A stretch of DNA of 64,000 bases from an uncultured Chloroflexia bacterium (GTDB taxonomy: Bacteria > Chloroflexota > Limnocylindria > Limnocylindrales > CSP1-4), in NCBI GenBank assembly GCA_963749705.1, contig CAVVNQ010000015.1, forward strand, positions 258,600-322,599, read 5' to 3'. Below the pieces are notes generated by a model, which saw only the letters and a list, made by a program, of their open reading frames with translations, did no database searches and was not told where the DNA came from. Position numbers and translations under genes: made by a program. This document shows, piece by piece, positions 59,156-64,000 of this stretch (its first letter is position 1; every line of letters starts with the position of its first letter).

Positions 59156-60142
59156 ATGCCCTCTGAGCCACGCCACGTCGACGACGTCAGGCACCGGGCC
59201 GGCGCCATCCGGGCGCCCGACGAGGGGTCCGACGACCCGCTCGACGAATCGGCCGACGTCGCGGTGGCGGGCGGTCGTCCGGCCCAGCAGATCGTGGTGG
59301 TCACCGGGTTGTCGGGGGGCGGCAAGACGGCGGCGGCCAAGCTGTTCGAGGACCTCGGCTACATCGTCGTCGACAACCTGCCCGGCGAGCTGCTGCGCGA
59401 CCTGGCCGACCTGATCGCCTCGGACCGCATCCGGTTCGCGCAGACCGCGATCGTGCTCGACGTGCGCGCCGGCGACGTCCCGCTCGCGTTCGGCGCGATG
59501 CGCGGCGCGCTCGAGGGTCGCGCCATCCGGCCGGTGATCATGTTCCTCGAGGCCCGCGACGACGTCCTGATCCGCCGGTTCTCCGAGACGCGTCACCGGC
59601 ACCCGCTGGCCGACGAGCGGGGGATCGCGGCCTCGATCGCGATGGAGCGCGAGCTGCTGGCACCGATCCGTACCGAGGCCGATGTCATCGTCGACACCAG
59701 CGACCTGTCGCTGCGCGAGCTGCGCGAGCAGATCTTCACCCGCCTGGGCGACGTCCAGACGTCGGACCGGCTGGCGATCCAGCTGATCAGCTTCGGGTTC
59801 AAGTTCGGCATCCCGCTCGAGGCCGATCTCGTGCTCGACGTCCGGTTCATGCACAACCCGTTCTACATCGAGGACCTTCGGACCAAGTCCGGGCTGACCG
59901 ATCCGGTGCGCCGCTACGTGCTGCGCCAGCCGATCGCGGCCGCGTTCATGACCGGGCTCGAGGACATGCTGGACCTGCTCGTCCCCGCGTACGTGGAGGA
60001 GGGCAAGAACCGGCTGACGATCGCGATCGGCTGCACCGGCGGCTTCCATCGCTCGATCGTCATCGCGGAGGAGCTCGCGACGTGGCTCCGCGAGCGCGAC
60101 TTCGGTTCGGTGGCGGTGTTCCACCGCGAGCTGGAGCGGTGA
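59156..60142 (+). CDS. rapZ: RNase adapter protein RapZ (YvcJ-type P-loop ATPase), with about 45-aa acidic N-terminal extension
   Basis: VTGLSGGGKT Walker A, VVDNLP, FGFK-G-P, DVRF-NP, AIGCTGG-HRS motifs. Confidence 0.9.
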   Translation: MPSEPRHVDDVRHRAGAIRAPDEGSDDPLDESADVAVAGGRPAQQIVVVTGLSGGGKTAAAKLFEDLGYIVVDNLPGELLRDLADLIASDRIRFAQTAIVLDVRAGDVPLAFGAMRGALEGRAIRPVIMFLEARDDVLIRRFSETRHRHPLADERGIAASIAMERELLAPIRTEADVIVDTSDLSLRELREQIFTRLGDVQTSDRLAIQLISFGFKFGIPLEADLVLDVRFMHNPFYIEDLRTKSGLTDPVRRYVLRQPIAAAFMTGLEDMLDLLVPAYVEEGKNRLTIAIGCTGGFHRSIVIAEELATWLRERDFGSVAVFHRELER

Positions 60143-61518
60143 ATCTCGGCCGCTGGCTGACCGTCGGCATCGGCGTCAAGCGGTGGCTGCTCCTCTCGTT
60201 CGCCGGGTTGCTGCTCCTCGCGCTCGGGGTTGCGCATGCGCTCCGGCAGCTGCCGGTCGACCTCCGGCCGGGCGGCGTGGTCGGGCTGCTGACCGATGTC
60301 CTCACCCTCCAGTTCCTGCCGTACCAGGCGCGCGGGATCATCGCGGGCCTGGCGGGCGCCGCGCTGTTCCTGACGGGCGCCTACCGGCTGGTGCGAGCGC
60401 TGGTCGACCCGTTCGCGCTGTGGGATCGCGACCAGCCGATGGTCGAGGTCATCTACCAGAAGCGCTTCCTGGCCCGCGGTCCGCGGACGGTCGCGATCGG
60501 GGGCGGCACCGGCCTGTCGATGCTGCTGCGCGGGCTCAAGGAGCACACGTCGAACCTCACGGCGGTCGTCACCGTGGCCGACGACGGGGGCTCGTCGGGC
60601 GTGCTGCGCGAAGAGCTCGGGATCCCCGCGGTGGGCGACATCCGCAACTGCATCGTGGCCCTGGCCGATGCCGAGCCCCTCATGGGCCGGCTGCTCCAGT
60701 ACCGCTTCCCCGGCCGCGGGCCGGCCGTGGCCACCGATCCGGACGTGGTGCCCTCGCGCGACGCCGAGACCGCCTCGGCCGGGCTCGCCGGCCACGCGGT
60801 CGGCAACCTGCTGCTGGCGGCGCTCGTGGAGCTCGAGGGCGGCGACTTCGAGCAGGCGGTCCGCGAGCTGGGCCGCGTGCTTGCGGTTCGCGGCAGCGTG
60901 GTCCCGGCCACCGCAACGGTCCTGACGCTCCACGCCCGGCTGGCCGACGGCAGCGAGGTCCTGGGTCAGAGCCGGATCGCACGCACCGACCGGGTCGACC
61001 GGGTATGGGTCACGCCCGACGACGTCGCGCCCACGGGTGACGCGCTGCACGCGATCGAGGATGCCGAGCTGATCGTGATCGGGCCGGGCAGCCTGTTCAC
61101 CAGCCTGCTGCCCGCGCTGCTCGTGCCCGGGATCCGCGAGGCGATCGCGAGGTCCGGGGCGCTCGTCGTGTTCGTGTGCAACGTGGCCACCCAGCCGGGC
61201 GAGACCGGCGGCTTCGACCTGGCCGATCACCTCGAGGCGCTCGCGCGACACGGTGCCGGCAACCTGCTCCACATGGTGCTCGCGAACAACCGGTTCGACG
61301 CACGACCGCCCGACGGCTGGCTGGGCGAGCACGTGCGGCTGCGCTGGCCGCCGTCGGGCGCGCAGTCGCCCCGCCTGGTGCTCGACGATCTGGTCGACCC
61401 GGGCAACGCCCATCACCATGACCCGGACCGGCTGGCCACGGCGATCATCGACGCCTGGGAGCGCGACGGCGGCCACCGACGCCGGCCCAGCGTGTCGTCC
61501 GGCGACCGGACGGCCTGA
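60139..61518 (+). CDS. yvcK: YvcK/CofD-family gluconeogenesis-factor-like protein (UPF0052)
   Basis: [31 protein letters not shown] motifs. N-terminal TM-like extension. GTG start overlaps the rapZ stop. Confidence 0.88.
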   Translation: MNLGRWLTVGIGVKRWLLLSFAGLLLLALGVAHALRQLPVDLRPGGVVGLLTDVLTLQFLPYQARGIIAGLAGAALFLTGAYRLVRALVDPFALWDRDQPMVEVIYQKRFLARGPRTVAIGGGTGLSMLLRGLKEHTSNLTAVVTVADDGGSSGVLREELGIPAVGDIRNCIVALADAEPLMGRLLQYRFPGRGPAVATDPDVVPSRDAETASAGLAGHAVGNLLLAALVELEGGDFEQAVRELGRVLAVRGSVVPATATVLTLHARLADGSEVLGQSRIARTDRVDRVWVTPDDVAPTGDALHAIEDAELIVIGPGSLFTSLLPALLVPGIREAIARSGALVVFVCNVATQPGETGGFDLADHLEALARHGAGNLLHMVLANNRFDARPPDGWLGEHVRLRWPPSGAQSPRLVLDDLVDPGNAHHHDPDRLATAIIDAWERDGGHRRRPSVSSGDRTA

Positions 61519-61527
61519 ACCCGACCG

Positions 61528-62373
61528 ATGTCCCGGAGCGACCGCGACCTGGTGCTGGCGCTGCGAGCCGAGCTTGCGGCGGTCGATCCCTCGCGGCCGT
61601 GCGACCGGAGGGCGGAGATCGCGGGCCTGGGTCCCTCGCTGGTGACGCGCGAGGCAACGGTCGCCCGGCTCGCTCTGCGGCTCGGCGGCCATGCGCCCGA
61701 CGGTGCGCAGCCCGGCGGTCGCCACCTGCTGCAGCTGCCCGCCGAGTCGCTCGACTGGACCGGCGCCGCCGATCATTGCCGGCTGGCCTGGCTCCGCGGC
61801 CGGTTCCTCTCCCGCGGCTCGCTGAGCCTCGCCGGGGGACGGGCGCATCTCGAGTTCGTCGTCCCGGTCGCCGAGGCGCCCGACCTTGCCGACCGGCTGG
61901 CGTCGCTCGGCCTGCCCGCGTCGTGGCGCGTCCGGCGCGGCCAGGGCGTGGTCACCTGGAAGAGCAACGAGTCGATCACCGGGTTCCTCGGGCGGATCGG
62001 TGCCAGCGCGTCGCTGCTCGAGCTCGAGGCACGGAGCGTTGCCCGGACCCTGCGCGGCGAGCTCAACCGCGTGCTCAACGCGGAGTCCGCCAACCTCCAG
62101 CGCTCGGTCGCCGCCGCCGGACGCCAGCTCGCTGCGATCGAGGCCCTCGACGCCGACGGGCGCCTGGGCGAGCAGCCGCGCACGGTCCGTGCCGTCGCCG
62201 AGGCCCGCCGCGACACCCCCGAGGCGTCGATGTCCGAGATCGCCACCCGGCTCGACCTCCACCGGTCCGCGGTCCAGCGCGCGCTCGATCGCCTCGAGCG
62301 CCTCGCGCTCCACGACGACGAGGGCATCGGGCTCCGTCATCCCTCCCGACGCCGGGTGCGCACGGCCGGCTGA
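61528..62373 (+). CDS. whiA: DNA-binding protein WhiA
   Basis: Conserved position after rapZ-yvcK. N-terminal PCDRRAEIAGL, degenerate LAGLIDADG-like core (WLRGRFLSRGSL), C-terminal HTH (EASMSEIATRLDLHRSAVQRAL). 281 aa, shorter than typical. Confidence 0.85.
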   Translation: MSRSDRDLVLALRAELAAVDPSRPCDRRAEIAGLGPSLVTREATVARLALRLGGHAPDGAQPGGRHLLQLPAESLDWTGAADHCRLAWLRGRFLSRGSLSLAGGRAHLEFVVPVAEAPDLADRLASLGLPASWRVRRGQGVVTWKSNESITGFLGRIGASASLLELEARSVARTLRGELNRVLNAESANLQRSVAAAGRQLAAIEALDADGRLGEQPRTVRAVAEARRDTPEASMSEIATRLDLHRSAVQRALDRLERLALHDDEGIGLRHPSRRRVRTAG

Positions 62374-62522
62374 GCGGACCACGGCTGGCTGAGCGGAGCA
62401 CGGCTGGGGGCCATCGGGCGCATCCGGCGGGGCCGCCCGGCCGTCCGACGGGGGCCGCGCGGCCACCCCGCAGGTGCCGAGCAGCCGGGGGAGGCGACGG
62501 GACCCTCTGGCATCATGGGGCC

Positions 62523-63308
62523 ATGCGCCCGATCGTGATTGCCGCCAACTGGAAGATGAACACCACCCCCGGCGACGCCGGCGAGCTGGCGAGGACCATC
62601 GCGTCCCGAACTCGCGTGCCCGGCCTGACCCGGGTGATCTGCCCACCCTACGTGAGCCTCGGGGCCGTGCGCGACGCGCTGGCCGGAGAGGACGTCGGGG
62701 TCGGTGCCCAGAACATCCACCACGAGCTTGCCGGCGCGTTCACGGGCGAGATCTCGGCGCCGATGGTCGTTGGCCTCGCGACCTGGGTGATCCTCGGCCA
62801 CTCGGAGCGCCGCGCGTACTTCGGCGAGACCGATTCGCTGGTGGGCAAGAAGCTCGACCGCGCGATCGACGCCGGCCTGCGGCCGATCCTGTGCGTCGGC
62901 GAGGTCCTTGCCGACCGTGAGGCTGGGCGCCAGAACGCCATCGTCGACGCGCAGCTGCGCGGTGCCCTCGAGGGCCGCGACCCGGTCGCGCTCGCCGCCG
63001 CCGGCCTGGTCATCGCCTATGAGCCGGTGTGGGCGATCGGGACCGGGCGCAACGCGAGCGGCGCCGATGCCGCGGCGATGGCCGATGCGATCCGGTCCGC
63101 GCTCCGGCCGCTCGGCTGGGGCGGCGCGGCCGAGGCGACACCCGTCCTCTACGGCGGCAGCGTGACCTCCGCGAACATCGGCGACTTCCTGGGCGAGCCC
63201 GCCATCGACGGCGCGCTGATCGGCGGCGCATCGCTCAAGCCGGATGAGATGGCCGGGATCGCCGCCCGGGCCGGGCTGACCGCGGCGGCGCGCGGGCTGG
63301 CCTCGTGA
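62523..63308 (+). CDS. tpiA: triose-phosphate isomerase
   Basis: AANWKMN, GAFTGE, ILGHSERR, YEPVWAIGTG, YGGSV motifs. Confidence 0.94.
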   Translation: MRPIVIAANWKMNTTPGDAGELARTIASRTRVPGLTRVICPPYVSLGAVRDALAGEDVGVGAQNIHHELAGAFTGEISAPMVVGLATWVILGHSERRAYFGETDSLVGKKLDRAIDAGLRPILCVGEVLADREAGRQNAIVDAQLRGALEGRDPVALAAAGLVIAYEPVWAIGTGRNASGADAAAMADAIRSALRPLGWGGAAEATPVLYGGSVTSANIGDFLGEPAIDGALIGGASLKPDEMAGIAARAGLTAAARGLAS

Positions 63309-64000
63309 CCGCGGACGGGACCGAGACCACCGGCGACAAGCGCGGCGGCGCATCGCCGGGCGACGCGCGACCGCGACCGATCGTGCTCGTCATTCTCGAC
63401 GGGTTCGGGATCGGGCACGACCCGACGGCCGACGCCATCGCGGCAGCCCAGATGCCCGTGTGGCGGGACCTCATGGCACGCTGGCCGCACTCGGTCCTGC
63501 GCGCGTCCGAGGACGCGGTCGGCCTGCCCGCCGGCCAGATGGGCAACTCCGAGGTCGGCCACCTCAACCTGGGCGCCGGACGGCCGGTCCTCCAGGACCT
63601 GCCGCGGATCGACGCCGCCATCGCGGACGGGTCATTCTTCGACCGGCCCGCGCTGGTCGCGGCGTGTGATCGCGCACGAGAAACCGGTCGGCTGCACACC
63701 GTCGGCCTGGTGGGGCCGGGCGGGGTCCACGCGCATGACCGGCACCTGATCGCCATGGTCGAGCTGGCCGCCCGCCTGGATGTCCCGTCGGTGCGCGTCC
63801 ACGCGCTGCTCGACGGGCGGGACACGCCCCCGTCCTCCGGGCTCGGGTTCATCCGCGACCTCGAGCAGCGGCTCGCAGCCGCGCACCCGGACGCCCGCGT
63901 CGCGACGGTCGGCGGGCGCTACTGGGCGATGGACCGCGACAAGCGCTGGGACCGCACGGAGCGCGGCTACGACGCCATCGTGCACGGCGTGGGAAACCGT
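63305..64000 (+). CDS. gpmI: 2,3-bisphosphoglycerate-independent phosphoglycerate mutase (5' part; runs off the window end)
   Basis: Hand translation from the GTG at 63305 (overlapping the tpiA stop) gives LVILDGFG, GQMGNSEVGHLNLGAGR, GGVHAH, DGRDTPP, GRYWAMDRDKRWDR. Not in the ORF track because it lacks a stop within the window. Confidence 0.88.
   Translation, partial: MTADGTETTGDKRGGASPGDARPRPIVLVILDGFGIGHDPTADAIAAAQMPVWRDLMARWPHSVLRASEDAVGLPAGQMGNSEVGHLNLGAGRPVLQDLPRIDAAIADGSFFDRPALVAACDRARETGRLHTVGLVGPGGVHAHDRHLIAMVELAARLDVPSVRVHALLDGRDTPPSSGLGFIRDLEQRLAAAHPDARVATVGGRYWAMDRDKRWDRTERGYDAIVHGVGNR

Overview
This is a 64-kb, very GC-rich (roughly 70% by eye), densely coding chromosomal core segment from a high-GC Gram-positive-type bacterium. 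The gene order polA ... coaE-uvrB ... uvrA ... uvrC ... rapZ-yvcK-whiA-tpiA matches the Actinomycetota backbone, but a Chloroflexota-like lineage cannot be excluded from sequence alone. I support about 50 protein genes and one tRNA-Leu(CAA). I saw no rRNA, CRISPR array, transposase or integrase.

Content by theme:
- Replication and repair: dnaE, polA, mutM, uvrB, uvrA, uvrC, recJ and a UvrD-like helicase.
- Protein export: secD, secF, tatA, tatC.
- Transport: three ABC transporter sets, an ABC-F ATPase, and APC and MFS permeases.
- Regulation and signalling: an ECF sigma/anti-sigma pair, an OmpR-type two-component system and a membrane GGDEF protein.
- Surface and secreted proteins: a TadE/TadG/CpaB pilus-accessory trio, and a secreted 1235-aa phosphodiesterase/5'-nucleotidase fusion next to a HYR-domain protein.
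- Other: an orphan DUF4280 (PAAR-like) protein, and the central-metabolism genes coaE, pyrF, tpiA and gpmI.

Main anomalies:
1. Eight clear and one probable single-base +1 frame disruptions lie inside otherwise perfectly conserved core genes (polA, mutM, tadG, secD x2, secF, tatC x2, and possibly an ABC ATPase N-terminus). All shift in the same direction. Assembly indels are the most likely cause, but this should be verified.
2. GAAC-N4-GTTC SOS-box-like palindromes sit in front of uvrB and uvrA. A recurrent TAnnnT-N6/7-start-codon architecture suggests leaderless mRNAs.
3. Several perfect short tandem or direct repeats occupy intergenic regions.

No self-evident novel multi-gene system was found. 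The candidates worth follow-up are listed with modest scores.
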